Origin: Pseudovirgaria hyperparasitica
Lineage: Eukaryota
Length of the DNA stretch: 64,000 bases
Reading direction: 5' to 3' (one strand)
Assembly: GCA_010093815.1 (NCBI GenBank)
Contig: ML996570.1
Shown: piece by piece, positions 13,069 to 24,894 of the stretch
How positions within the stretch are numbered: position 1 is the stretch's first letter
How the letters are laid out: each line of letters starts with the position of its first letter
Translations under genes and position numbers: made by a program
Notes under the pieces: generated by a model
Told to the model about the DNA's origin: nothing
What the model saw: the letters and a program-made list of their open reading frames with translations, nothing else
Database searches by the model: none

Positions 13069-16000
13069 TGGACCGTACGCGATGCGATGATACCCGCAGC
13101 ACTGACAGCTGGGCGACAGCTGGGCATGGGCTTGGACCTTGGACCTTGTCGCCCAAACACAAGAAGAGGAATAAATATATCGTCACCCATAAAAAAAGCA
13201 CATACTGACTGCACGGATCCAATGCCGTGCCCTTCCAGAATACGGGGGCCGTGCTCAACTAAACTCCTTCTCGATTGCAATCGTGTGTGTGTGTGCAAAC
13301 ATGTCAACGGCTGATGGGCGTCGTGGCGTTGCATGGTCAATCCATTCTCCATGGTGCGCCGCCGCCGCCGCCAACGCCGCCGCTTCGTCTTCCAGGTTTC
13401 CATTCCTGCGTCGCACCATTCTTTGCTGCCTTTCCCCCCCCTTTTCGGAGCGGTCTCCGGATGCTTTACTTTCGGAGCAGTGACTTCTGGTGAGAAACAC
13501 AGCTACCGCTCCCCAAAAATAGTGGAGACGGAAACGGAAACGGGAAGGGTTCGTTCGGCAGGGATTCCCCTGGCATTGCTGCCCAACGGCTCCACACTGT
13601 CACTTCCCCCGATCACGATGCGTCTGCGTCTTGCGTCTGCGGTTCTGTAGAGAAGAGGAGCCAAAGAAGAAAGAAGTTCATCCCCGTTTCTCGCGGCTAT
13701 GGCGTGGTGTGGTGTGAGTATGGTGTGAGTATGATGCAGTTGATGGCACATTTCACAATTTGATGCTGGCCCTGCTTAACTGGTTGTCTGCATGCGGCCA
13801 TCGTTATCATCATCATTCTCCGAATGTTCAGCGAAATGGGAAATTGATTCCTTCTCGGAAACCCTCCCCCCTCCCCCCCTAACTCTCTCTCCCGTACCCG
13901 CTTATAACGCCACGTCATGTAACTCGTGGCCTTCCAGATCGCATCGTGTGTCACCGTGTCAGGACTGGTCTAGCGCGTCTGTCTCTGTCTGTCAGTCCCT
14001 CTACCTTTCTATTTGCTTGCCTGTCTGTCTGCCTCTCCATTTGCCTCAGGTTGACTTCGAATAGTCTTTGCCCATCTACCCTACCTACCTATCCAAGTCA
14101 ACACTGCCTACCTCGCTCACACAAAAACACTAAGCGCAAACACACTATATCGGGGAGGTCTTGGGCCGCCCGCCGCCCCCTCGGCCGATGCGTGCGGGCT
14201 AAAGCCAGCATCTCGACGCGATCAGCATGTATTTTCTCTCTCGCGCCCGCCGCCTCCCCCGGTTACGTTGTGATTAGGCGAAAGTGTATACATGTACATG
14301 ACCAACCAACCGATCCCAGGGAAGCCTACCCCTGTAAAGTGCGAGTCGGCCCGAATCTGTTGGACCAAGATCCCATCATCCATCCATCCAGCACTGCGCT
14401 GCGCTGCGCTGCGCTACGCCGCTCCGTAGATGGGCTTTGCCCGCTCCCAAAGTGCCGTGGAATCTCCCGTTTCGGCTTTGACAACAGCCTTTTTGGCTTG
14501 GCGTGTGCGATTTGCGATCTGTCCCGATGCTTGCTCTCGCTTGGCGATGTGGGTGTGTGGGCGGGTGGTGTGGTCTGGGGAGCGGGCTTCGTATTAGTCG
14601 GTTCAGTCGGTCCCGTTGAATACACTGTCCATCAAGAAGCTATATCTTTTTTTGATTTCTCCTTGTGTATTTTTGCATTATTGCTCTCCATCGTCTGCAT
14701 GCCTGATGCTGCCACACTTGGGAACAGTCAGGAAAGGAGAGGCAATTAGGTGTAGGTACGTGTAGGTATGGCACAAACTCTATAGTTTTTGCGCAATTTG
14801 CTAAACGAGCACATTTTGATTGAAAGCTCGGCCGAAATCGCTTATCTCGCCTCAAGGTCTAGAAATGGCTATTCCGTCTGATGGAAGGATGATACGTTTT
14901 AGTACGATTTATTGTATGCTGCTGTTGTTTGTTGTTGTTGTCGTTGTACCTGCCATCCATGTTCATCCATAACAAGTGCTCATTCGCCGCTTCTGGCGCG
15001 CGGATGATGCACAGCGCATGAGACATGTCTTACTTGCTTTTTTGCGATTTGATTGATTAAACGAACGACCCGATCTGCACGAATAGATGGATCTGCAGAA
15101 CTGACTGACTGACACATGCACATGCACATGCAGAGACAGAAAAAGAGAGAGTCCATCCAAGTCCAGACTCTCGTCCCCTTTTTCTGTTTCCTCACTCACA
15201 CACCCAGAACTGCACTAAGCCTAATATACGAGCCTGCTTCCGACTCCGATTGTGACGTTCGTATCTACCGGCATTCGATGTGCAGCCTACTAATTACCAA
15301 GCTAAACCCAACTCTCAGAACCAAAGTCCCTCACACTCCGCCCTATTAGCTTGCTGCGGAGTTGATAGGCTCTGTGTGTGTGCTGTGGCTGCATGCTTAG
15401 ACATCCTCCCCCCTCTCCTACTTCATTCCTTCCTTCCTTCCACTGCTCCTCATCCTCTTCAGCTGTACGAAAGATAGCGAACGTTTCGAAACATCGATTG
15501 CTGCCCCCCAGCCGCGCCGGATGGATGCATCCTGAAACACTCTTGCGAGATCCATCAGATCTCGCAGCCGGGATCTAGATCCTCCTCCATCACTAGCAAC
15601 CAATCAACCAATAGAATCGAGATTCAACATGTTAGATCGATCGGTGAAACCTCTTTCAAACAGCGCAGCACAGTACATAATTAGCATTCATTCATTCATT
15701 CCACTCCAAGCGAAAACCTTCGCTCATCCACCGGACATGCAATTGCCGATCCTTAATATCCATACATATGATAGCATCCCGAAAAAGCGCCCAAGAATGG
15801 GATACATATAATATCTTGGGGCTTTTTTTCATTCATTTCCTTTTTTTTTTCCTTTTTGGGGGGGCCAGTAGACCGGGATGCAAAAGTGATCGACGCTGGA
15901 ACCTCAGTGTTCCGAGACGCAGGTTACAGTAGTAACTACTGTGTAGATAAGATGCCACACCCACCACCCACTCACCCCGCGCGGCCCCGGAATAGGGCAT

Positions 16001-17452
16001 GGATGAGCAGCGGTTATCTCGGAGACCGCCTCCCCCGCGTGCGTGTGCATATGCATACAGGATATCCATTCTCTCTACCCATCTATCCCGTCGACTCTGA
16101 CGGTATTACCCCCTCTCACTCACCACAACCAAGCCCGCTGTAGCAAAAGCAAACAAATCCCAATGCTGAAGGACACACAAAGTATTTCCCCGGCCCCGAC
16201 GTTAGCTGTACATTTTCCTTTTTTTTTTTTTGGTTCCCCTTCTCAGCAGCGCTAGTGGAGACCTCGTAGATCTTAATATTCCAATATATATGGACACGAT
16301 AGTCGCCTATCCGATTGTGCATCCTACTTTAATGCAACTCCCTGGCATGACCGTTGCCAAGGCCTGGCCGGCGGGGCGGGGATGGGTGGCAGCAGCAGTA
16401 GCCGTTCAATGGTTCCCCGTTCCGCTTTGTATTACCGTCGTCGAATGTGGGTCTTGTGATGATGCGTAGGCTCTGGTTGCATTTGGGATGCGCTGTGAAC
16501 GGGAGTCCGGATGCGAGGTAGGATTGTGCGTGTTGAATGAGGCGGGCGGTGTGTAATGCACTTGTAGTCTTGGCATGAAGGAGTATCTTGGGTTATGGTG
16601 CTGGTGTTTTGTTCAAGAGGAGAGAGTAGGTACTCTAGAAAAGGGGGGTGTATTTTTGTTTTGATGGTTTGGAGATAGAAATAGATATGTTACGGTGAGT
16701 AGGGTAGGTAAGTGGTTTAGAGTAGATACAGGTAGACGAGGCTCATGTTGTTGTTAGGTATGAGGTATAGGAATGTATGTGACACAAGGTGCTTTTGTAT
16801 GGGATTCGGAGATGGCTTTACTTTCAGAGTATATCTATAGTATAGCATGTTTCGTAGCCCATCGTAGGCTTCCTCTTTGACTTAAGGGACTTCGAGCTTA
16901 CTGTCGGAAGGCTCGACGATGGCTGAAACGTCTGATATGGATACTAGATCTGGTCTATCCATGATGGTTTGCAATCTTGGAGCACGCATTGCGCAACTTG
17001 TATGGCTTGTTGTCAGTGTGTTATCACAGCACCAGTTAGACAATGTATAATTTGTTGCTTCAAGTGACTTGCCTCTGCGATATCGACTAGATCATCTGGG
17101 TTTTACTGGATGATTTTGGCATTGAAAAGGCCATGCTGAGCTTTCGTCTTTGTATCGGGTTAGACGAGCTTGAAGCTGGAACTGTCTTTTCTTTCGTCAA
17201 GCGTTCAAATATATCCACATCCTTCAATACTGCTTTCTCGATATTTTCATAGTTTGTCTTCGACAGCCGTCTCCACACGTGGCAGTCCTATCTACATCAA
17301 TTTTTGGTTCATTATGTCGCGCTCAAGATGACTTTCGACATCTGGTATACAGCACCACCCAAGGATAAATGAGCAACAGCCTTTGAGCCAAGGGTATCAT
17401 TATGAAGATTATCATTATGAAGGGTATCACTATGTATATGCAATGCTCTCCA

Positions 17453-20400
17453 TCACGACGAATACGCCACCGCCGAGAACCCATCAAACCGCACACTTCC
17501 ACCCCCCTGCCCCTGACACTGCAACACCACCATAAACGGCACGTACAAGTCCATCCCACTCACCCTCACACCCGCCGTCTTATCCGTAAAGCTCCCCGTC
17601 CCCAACGGCCCAACCGAGCGAAACACATTACTTGTTGGCCGTGTCGTATCCCGCCAGATCTGCCGATTACCCGCGACTTGCACCCAGATATTACACCCGC
17701 CAAACGAGTCATTCTCCGTTCGCACCTGGAACGAGACTTCGTAGCTGAGCCCTGCGCAGACACGTAGCTCTGTGGAGGCGGTCTGGTACACAGCTGTGGG
17801 ATTGAAGGATAGGGAGTATCCGTCGGAGGCAGCGCTGTCGGCGGCGCGGCCGATGGGTACGACACCGGCGGGAGCCGGGACGGCACGCGAGGTCGTCCAG
17901 CCGGAGAAGTCAGTGGTGAACTGGCCATTAGCAAAGGCCTCGCCTGGAACACAGGCTGTGGGCGAAGTAGGGGGTGTGGCGCACATGCCGTTGAGGCAGT
18001 ATCCGGAGGCGCAGACGGTGCCACAGGAGCCGCAGTTTGAGGGGTGTGTTTGGAAGTCGACGCACTGGGTGCCGCATTGATCGTGGGCGCAGACGCAGGA
18101 TCCGGCGGAGCTGTGTGGCATTAGATGAGAAAAGTGGGAGATGGACATGATGGGCTCACCATCGGGTCTTCGCAGGGCATGTTCGGCCACACGCGCCGCA
18201 GTTGTTGCTATCTGTGGCGAAGAGATCGGTGCATTGATAGGAGTTGTCTGTTTGGCGACAGAGACCCTGTGTGTTAGAGCAGAAACAAGCACACTGGCGG
18301 TTGCTTTCCTCGTAGAATTCCTGGCGACCAGTATCTGAAGAGACTACGGAGTATGTATAGTCGGCTAGCTGGGTGCAAGCCAGGTAAGACTGGATATGTT
18401 AGCGATGTAAGATGTAGACAAGGGACAGATCCTACGTCATATTTATCCCATGAATTCAGGCTAGCGCAGGCCTGGTCTTTCATACAGGATTGGAAGCTGG
18501 TGTTACACTGTTCAAAGGTAGTCTGCTCGCAATTTTCGTAGCAGGAATCATGGCTGTTGCAGCAGCTTTGGAAGTTGTACTCAGATGGTGGTGCTGTATC
18601 AAATCCATTAGAGGCTCCGCATCCGTTGATATTCGCACCGGCTCCCGGCTTAGCCTTGGAAAACAAGTTTGCCGGAGTGCTGGGACAGCGAGGTGCTACA
18701 CCAGAGCTCGCTTGACTCTGCCGACGGTGGCGTCGGTTGCTTGGTTTCGTGGCCACAGGCAAAGCAAGCATATGTTGGCTGGAGCCATCAGCGCCATCGA
18801 GTGTCATGGTCGTTGCTCCACCTGTGATTTTCCAAGTGAAAGTGTTTCCGTTCAGGTTGGAAACAATGATACGACCTTTACAGTCTACGCTGAATGTTGA
18901 GGTAATGACTTGTTGATCACCAAATTCAGCCCCGTTCAACCCAGTGGATGAATCCAACAGCACAACACTCCCATCACTGACTTTACCAACATATTTAGGA
19001 GGCGAGCCTGATAGAACCAAGTCGTAGACGTAACCGGGACCATTCTCTGGTGTGCTGAAATAGAATGTTGATAGGACTAGATCCTCTGCGGGACCGAGTG
19101 CATTGGCTTCAGCTTGTGAAGAAGGACTAGGAAATGGGCCGATAGAAGTGTCCCTACTAACTATTGGTAAGCCGGCTGGACTTAACAGTTTGAACTTGGA
19201 CGCTGCCCCCTTGCTGGCATCCAGAACACATGGAAGATCAGGAAGGTTAGTCGGGCCTGCCAGCCCTTCACTCAGTGGAGATGATCCCATCACGCTGACG
19301 CTGGATAATGCATAGTCTTCGAAAGAGTATGTATATGCTGGCCCAGACATGGTGACTGTGCTACTGCTCAACGACGTTGTCGAACTTGATATGGCTGGAG
19401 ACGATACGCTTGTTCTGGTAGAGAAGGTGGCAACTTCTACAGACGTAGATTGGCTGGAACCACTTGTGCTAGGAGTCGAGCTTTCTGAAACGATTGCACT
19501 GTTGCTTATTGGAGATACGATGGGTGAGGAGGTGGAAGCGGGCACTGAAACATCTGCAGGCCTTGAAGATGAAGCTAAATCTGAATATGTGATGATGGTC
19601 GACGATACGATGGGCGTAGAGGATGTGGTTGTTATTAAAAGCGTGACAGAATCAGAGGACAGTGGAGTCGAAAATACAGTCGGACTTGAAGATGTACTAG
19701 AACCCAAGGACATGCTCGGAGGCCTAGATGAAGTACCACTTGAAGCCGGCAGCCCACTCATAGAAATACTGATGAAGCTACTGCTGCTAATACTGCTAAT
19801 GCTTGACATTGTTGGTGGAAGCGCAGTTGTCGACAGTGTTGCACTTGTTCCAGCATCTCCCACTCTGCTGGCGCTGACGCTGTCGCTGGTGCTGCTGCTG
19901 CTGCTCGACCTCGTCGATGCAAGGGCAGTCGTAGACGGCGTTGCACTTCTCCCAGTATCTGTCATTCTGCTGGACAAAGTGCTACTATAGGATAACGAAT
20001 TCCTAGTAACCGTTGAGACCACTACACTCGAAGCGGCCATACTCGTCGTGCTCTGCCGCACCACGGAGTAAGACGTTGTTAAGGATATCAAAGAAGAACT
20101 AGAACTCTTCGCGGTAGTGGAAGTCAACGATACAGTTCTGCTCGTCCCGGCAACACCGCCTGATGTAGCTATTATCGATGTCGCAGACGTCGTACAGGTC
20201 GATTTCGGTAAACACGACGCATCCCAGAATGTAAATGGGCTTCTCGGAGCAGCGACAAAGTTGCTTGCCACATCGCTTCGGTAAAGCAAACATGCCTCAT
20301 CACTAGTAGCAAGGCTCTTACATCCACTGGTCTTCTGACATAGAGCAGCGCACGCTTTGAAGCCTCTCGTCCTGGTATTCCTCACAAATGCATTGGGGTT

Positions 20401-20843
20401 TCCTTTGCTAAATCCTCGGACTTGACACCGTTGCGAGGACGTTGGAGGCTGTGCTGTGTTTGTCGACGTCGACGTTGGGCTCACGCTCCCTGCGCATGCT
20501 CTATCATAGAACATGTACGGGCTTTGAAGGTCGTTCTTGCAATTCTTTGCGCTACCGGGAGTCAGCTGGATTCAACACAGGGTTTTGGGCATACGCACAC
20601 AGTTGCGGCAAAATGCATGCATACTTTGTTTCCCACCGCATACGAGACGCATCTGGTGTCTCCAAGACAATGAGAGCCGCATTGGGCGGGTGTAGAGAGG
20701 CGCTCATTGCGTTCGTAGAAATATGCTCTTGTGGCAAGGTTCCATCCTGGCTGCGCACATGTCTGCGCCCTGGCTTCTATGTCGACAGCTGTGGATAGGA
20801 CTATTAGGGGCAGAGCCAGTAATGAGATGCTCTTGATCTGCAT
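17453..20843 (-). CDS. Secreted multidomain protein: signal peptide, 2x PAN/Apple-like, Ser/Thr-rich linker, secretory phospholipase A2 (group XII-like) domain, 2x Stig1-like Cys repeats, C-terminal CBM-like domain (~1082 aa)
   Basis: Exons 20843-20599, 20551-18436, 18389-18160 and 18110-17453 join in frame (3249 nt) through 46-49 nt GT-AG introns. Signal MQIKSISLLALPLIVLSTA; CxxxC..C..C Apple-type patterns; NGCG...CCNSHDSCYENC PLA2 motif; DSNNCGACGRTC and HPSNCGSCGTVC repeats; FANGQF...SGW start of a CBM4/9-like domain. Confidence 0.8.
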
Positions 20844-21545
20844 TGCATTCCCTATGTACGCACGCAAATTAAAGAGTGTGAACTGGCGAGGACGCGGATA
20901 GAAAAAACATCTCGCAAGACCCAGGCAAGCACCTGGTACATAAAGCCATCATGATATTAGAAATGTCTAAGCCGCCTAGTCTTTACCTCGACTGTTGATG
21001 AGGCTCGAATTCAACGTGTGCTACGATTGGTCAATGCAGTCTTGTGTGGTCTAGATTCTGTAGCGGTGGCTTTGGCTGGACCACCCAGTCTGTAGACCAC
21101 GGCCTAAAGTAGAATGGGAACATGTCTCCTGAGCGCCACCACGTGAAGTCATTAGAAGCGAAATACCGGAGCGTCCGCAGGGTCATGCAGAAGTCAAGTG
21201 GATGTGGAAGTGCTGGGCATACAGTCTTTGTCAGGTTATATCAATAAGCCGAGCAGAACTTCAAGGTTTGGTGCCCTTTTCTGCTGACTAATACAGCTAA
21301 AAGAACCAGATTCAAGTTAGACCCACTTGCGGTGTAAACCCTTTCAGAACTATTTCAGCACAGTGCGTTTGAATTCAAAGTCTACAGATCAATCTTCAGA
21401 GCTCTACGCATCTTGAGTAGACTTGCCATAGGACTGCTCCTTTAGTAGCATATAAATAGACTACAAAGCTAAGTGATATCCTCTGAAAGACTGAAATATC
21501 ACCTTTTTGGATCCTTTGCGCCCCTAATTCTTCTCCAGTGTTCTA

Positions 21546-22502
21546 TTACCAAACCCAAGAGTCGACTGTTAATTTCAGGAGTGCACGCTCATACACCATC
21601 TCTTCACGGTACTTTGATCCACCAAGCTGCGAAACAAACTTGAACCACCAAAAGTCTTCGGGCATATATCTCATGGCAGTGGTATAATCCCAGTAATCTG
21701 GGTACCAGCCAGCGGACTCCCAGTCGATGAACCCCGAAACACGGCCCTCATGAACCATGATATTATGGTGCTTGAGGTCTCCATGAGTGAAAACGATGCG
21801 ATGAAGCTTGGTTTGCATCTTCCGTGCGCAAGCAAGCGCCTCTTCGAATGCTTCTGCAGATGCATACCCATGCTGAGAGGCAGGCTGGATGAGAAGATCA
21901 TTGAATTCCGTTTCACTTTCACAAGGTCCTATGATATGGTCAGGAACTCGCACGCTCCTGATGGGACCGCCAGTGATAGAACAAATTCGGTCTTTCCCCC
22001 AGGGACTGCGCCAATTCCTGATTGTATCTAACATAGTTGCTGTCTCCTTCTGGATTGTCTCTTGCTGGGCAGGAGTTAATGATTCATACACGAGTCCAAG
22101 GTCACAGCCAGGAAGGCGTGTCATCAAGATAGACACAAGTGCGTGTGGGGTGTCCGGGTGATCTCCGTACGCGATAACTCTAGGGACGGGTAGACCAGCG
22201 GACCGGGCGACCATCATAGCTTGGACTTCTTCTAAACGTGTTCCGTCGGACCATTTGAGAATCAATCCGAATGGCAACTGGCAAATCTGATTATCGAATG
22301 GTATGCCAAACCACTTGCAATAATGTCGTGAGAACGGAACGAGCCGTTTGTGTATAATGCCCCATACTCGGCGCGATGTGGAGCCTGAAAGCTTTGGGGT
22401 AGGCGGAATGTCCTGCACAAGTGGCTCGTCTCCCAAGGCGCGATGTGGCCAGGTGAAGTTTGGGCAAAGAGCCCTCGGAAGTAAAGAGTTGAGCCAACTC
22501 AT
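21546..22502 (-). CDS. Aminoglycoside phosphotransferase (APH)/choline kinase-like protein
   Basis: Brenner-type motif VFTHGDLKHHNIMV, GFIDWESAGWYPDYWDY, LPVPRVIAY. Likely start MSWLNSLL at 22502. No intron is needed. Confidence 0.88.
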   Translation of the reverse strand: MSWLNSLLPRALCPNFTWPHRALGDEPLVQDIPPTPKLSGSTSRRVWGIIHKRLVPFSRHYCKWFGIPFDNQICQLPFGLILKWSDGTRLEEVQAMMVARSAGLPVPRVIAYGDHPDTPHALVSILMTRLPGCDLGLVYESLTPAQQETIQKETATMLDTIRNWRSPWGKDRICSITGGPIRSVRVPDHIIGPCESETEFNDLLIQPASQHGYASAEAFEEALACARKMQTKLHRIVFTHGDLKHHNIMVHEGRVSGFIDWESAGWYPDYWDYTTAMRYMPEDFWWFKFVSQLGGSKYREEMVYERALLKLTVDSWVW

Positions 22503-23243
22503 TGTGGGCACTAAGTGACGTGAGCCCAAGGTGTTAGGAAAAGTTGAGGGATCGAGCAGAGTACATCTCGGCGCTGCAGCCTTGTTGCCTTCCGGGCTGT
22601 TGCCTAGGTGACAGGTCGTGTATGCCAAGCCTTTACAGGTCTCGCTTTCGTACTTCAAACTACTTAGCCTATTACATGAAGGTTCAGGATCGCTTACAGA
22701 ACTACATTTCAAGTTCTAAATATGACTCAATGGGATACCGTATGCATGTTTAAAACCATACACGTTCATTTAATGGATGCTCTCCATGATAAGTACGGGA
22801 AGCCGCGTCGATTAGTTGATTAGTTTGGAAGACAAGGGTGAGTGATTCCGTTAAGCTGGCTCTCAATTTGTACTGTCGTGGATTTCTTATTCTCCAGATG
22901 AATAGATATCTGCATCAATACCAAGGTAATGAGCATTGATCACTAACAACCCTTACGAGTTCACGTTGGGGATGGCGATGTTTGAGTGAAGGTGAAACGC
23001 GCCACTCGCCAGTCAGAGCAAAGAATGTCGAAGATTGCGAGGGCCACGCCACGACTGATAGCGTCCATTGCCACATTCTTGCGGCAAGTGAGATTCCTAC
23101 TTGGTTTGCCTCCAAAGCGTTTTGATTCGTGAAGGCTGCAACACCTGAACGGGAATGCAGCGTCTCGCGAAGCAATGTCTTAGTCGCCTACCTATAGGCC
23201 CGATGCAACGTCGTTATGGTGGAGATATCCCCAGCAGCATAAC

Positions 23244-23298
23244 AGTGCTGCCTAGTGCTGCCTAGCATCACAGTGCTGCCTAGCATCAAAGTGCTGCA
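23244..23298 (+). repeat. Short tandem repeat of AGTGCTGCCTAG(CATCAC) in the promoter of paralog 1
   Basis: agtgctgcct agtgctgcctagcatcac agtgctgcctagcatcaa agtgctgc read directly. Confidence 0.8.
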
Positions 23299-23529
23299 AC
23301 ACACTTTCCGAATGGAATTAGTATGGCACGCTGGTATGGAACAAGCGCTGTGCATATGCGCTGCCTCTAAGCCTACTGTCTCACGGTGGCATACTGAACA
23401 CTGTGCCGCTCTAGTCAATTATATAAATTGGACATGATAGTCGGAACTTGCTGGACCCCCCAACGTGCTTGATTTAACTACTAAACGAACTAAATTCTTT
23501 ATACCAATTCACTACATTACATTTCCGCG

Positions 23530-24051
23530 ATGGCCCTCTCTGATCTACAAAGCAATGGAATATACGTCATCCTTTTTCTGAGGGATGACCAGCCTGATCC
23601 AGATAACTTTCATTGGGGCTTGTATCATCACCATAACGCCGATTCAGGAGGGTGGAAATATCACATCAAGGGCAGGACTGGCTACTGGCATGCTGACCAC
23701 GGGCATACTAAAGGAGTTTTTAAATCGTTCTTACTCATCGGCCTATTTCATATTTGCACTATTCCTCCGGGTTGGGAAGCACACGTCGACGCTGTAATGC
23801 GACAGTACGACGGGGTCCTTAACAATAACCCTGCGACCTCTTGTAGTGCTTGGTTGTTCTGGGTATTGGCTCAGCTTCAGAAGCCTGTAAACGGGTACAG
23901 AATCCTCAGTGCTGATTTGGGCTATCTGGAAAGGGAAATCAAAGATTTTGGAAATATGCACTCTCGGAGTGCTGTAGCCAACAATCAGCCACGGCCCATC
24001 GGCCGCTCCGGTAAGTCGCAAAAACCATATCTATATTCTGCGAAGAGTTGA
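23530..24051 (+). CDS. Small uncharacterised protein, permuted papain-like H-H-C motif (paralog 1)
   Basis: FHWGLY...KYHIKG...TSCSAWL; collinear with the 24895 ORF. A probable terminal intron (G|GTAAGT near 24011) would change the last few residues. Confidence 0.8.
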   Translation: MALSDLQSNGIYVILFLRDDQPDPDNFHWGLYHHHNADSGGWKYHIKGRTGYWHADHGHTKGVFKSFLLIGLFHICTIPPGWEAHVDAVMRQYDGVLNNNPATSCSAWLFWVLAQLQKPVNGYRILSADLGYLEREIKDFGNMHSRSAVANNQPRPIGRSGKSQKPYLYSAKS

Positions 24052-24894
24052 ACTGATACAGCTCGTAGTCTATGCCGGGTAGCGATCTACACATAACTGA
24101 TACCCATAGTATCAGCTCAAATATTTGGATACAGAGCATCAAGGACTCGCCAGGAGATGATATAGGGCTTTCGATTTACCATTTAATTCCGTGACCCCTG
24201 TCGGCCTCCAAAGTGTACGAATTGAGCCTAAGATCATTCTTTCTGTCAGCTGCATGGAACTTTCAGTGGCTTTCCAATCCATCTACATTGAGCCTATGAG
24301 ATATTAGTACTAGAGTATACACAGTAGATACAATACAGTCACATTGTTGCATTCGATGTGACGAAATCACTCCGAATAACAAGATCATCGTCACCATAAA
24401 CATCAGTGGTTTTACTTCTCAAACAGACTATCCCTCACAAACAGACACGTAACTCTAATAAAACAGCCCGAACTACTAGCAAAAATTTCTATGTATATAG
24501 AACAAGTCAACAAGGCCTCTTACTAGTAACCAGGCCCGTTCTCTGATCTGCTAACGGAGAGCGGAATATTTTTCTTATATGAGATGAACAGAATTAGAGG
24601 TTTATATAAATATAGAGAGCTAACATAGACACACGTTCTGCAATACTTTAGGCGTAGAGAGTGTATTATGCGTTGTCTGCAGATATCTTGATTGGTGGTA
24701 GGGATTATTGTGCTCACTGCTGCCTAGTCACTGTGCCGCAGCCCACTTACCAAAATGGAATAGTACATAGCACAACAGGAAACCCAGCGCTGTATAAATT
24801 GCTGCTTCACCATCCATAGCAGCCTGAACTACCTAAAATTTTGCAAAACAATCCCGGTCCTCACATCAACACCCAGACCCATTCCACTCCAACA

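Noticed and set aside
12638..13403. Cys/Val- and His/Thr-rich ORFs resembling metal-binding proteins
   Set aside because: Translations of (CA)n/(TG)n microsatellites, open in several frames.
17087..17278. 63-aa charged ORF that might be a gene relic
   Set aside because: No ATG start, no splice partners and no recognisable family.
19349..19990. 213-aa V/L/E/D-rich plus-strand ORF
   Set aside because: Antisense of the Ser/Thr-rich stalk of the PLA2 mosaic gene.
21546..22502. APH-like gene as a horizontally acquired antibiotic-resistance gene
   Set aside because: This kinase-like family is common and expanded in filamentous fungi; nothing here indicates bacterial origin.
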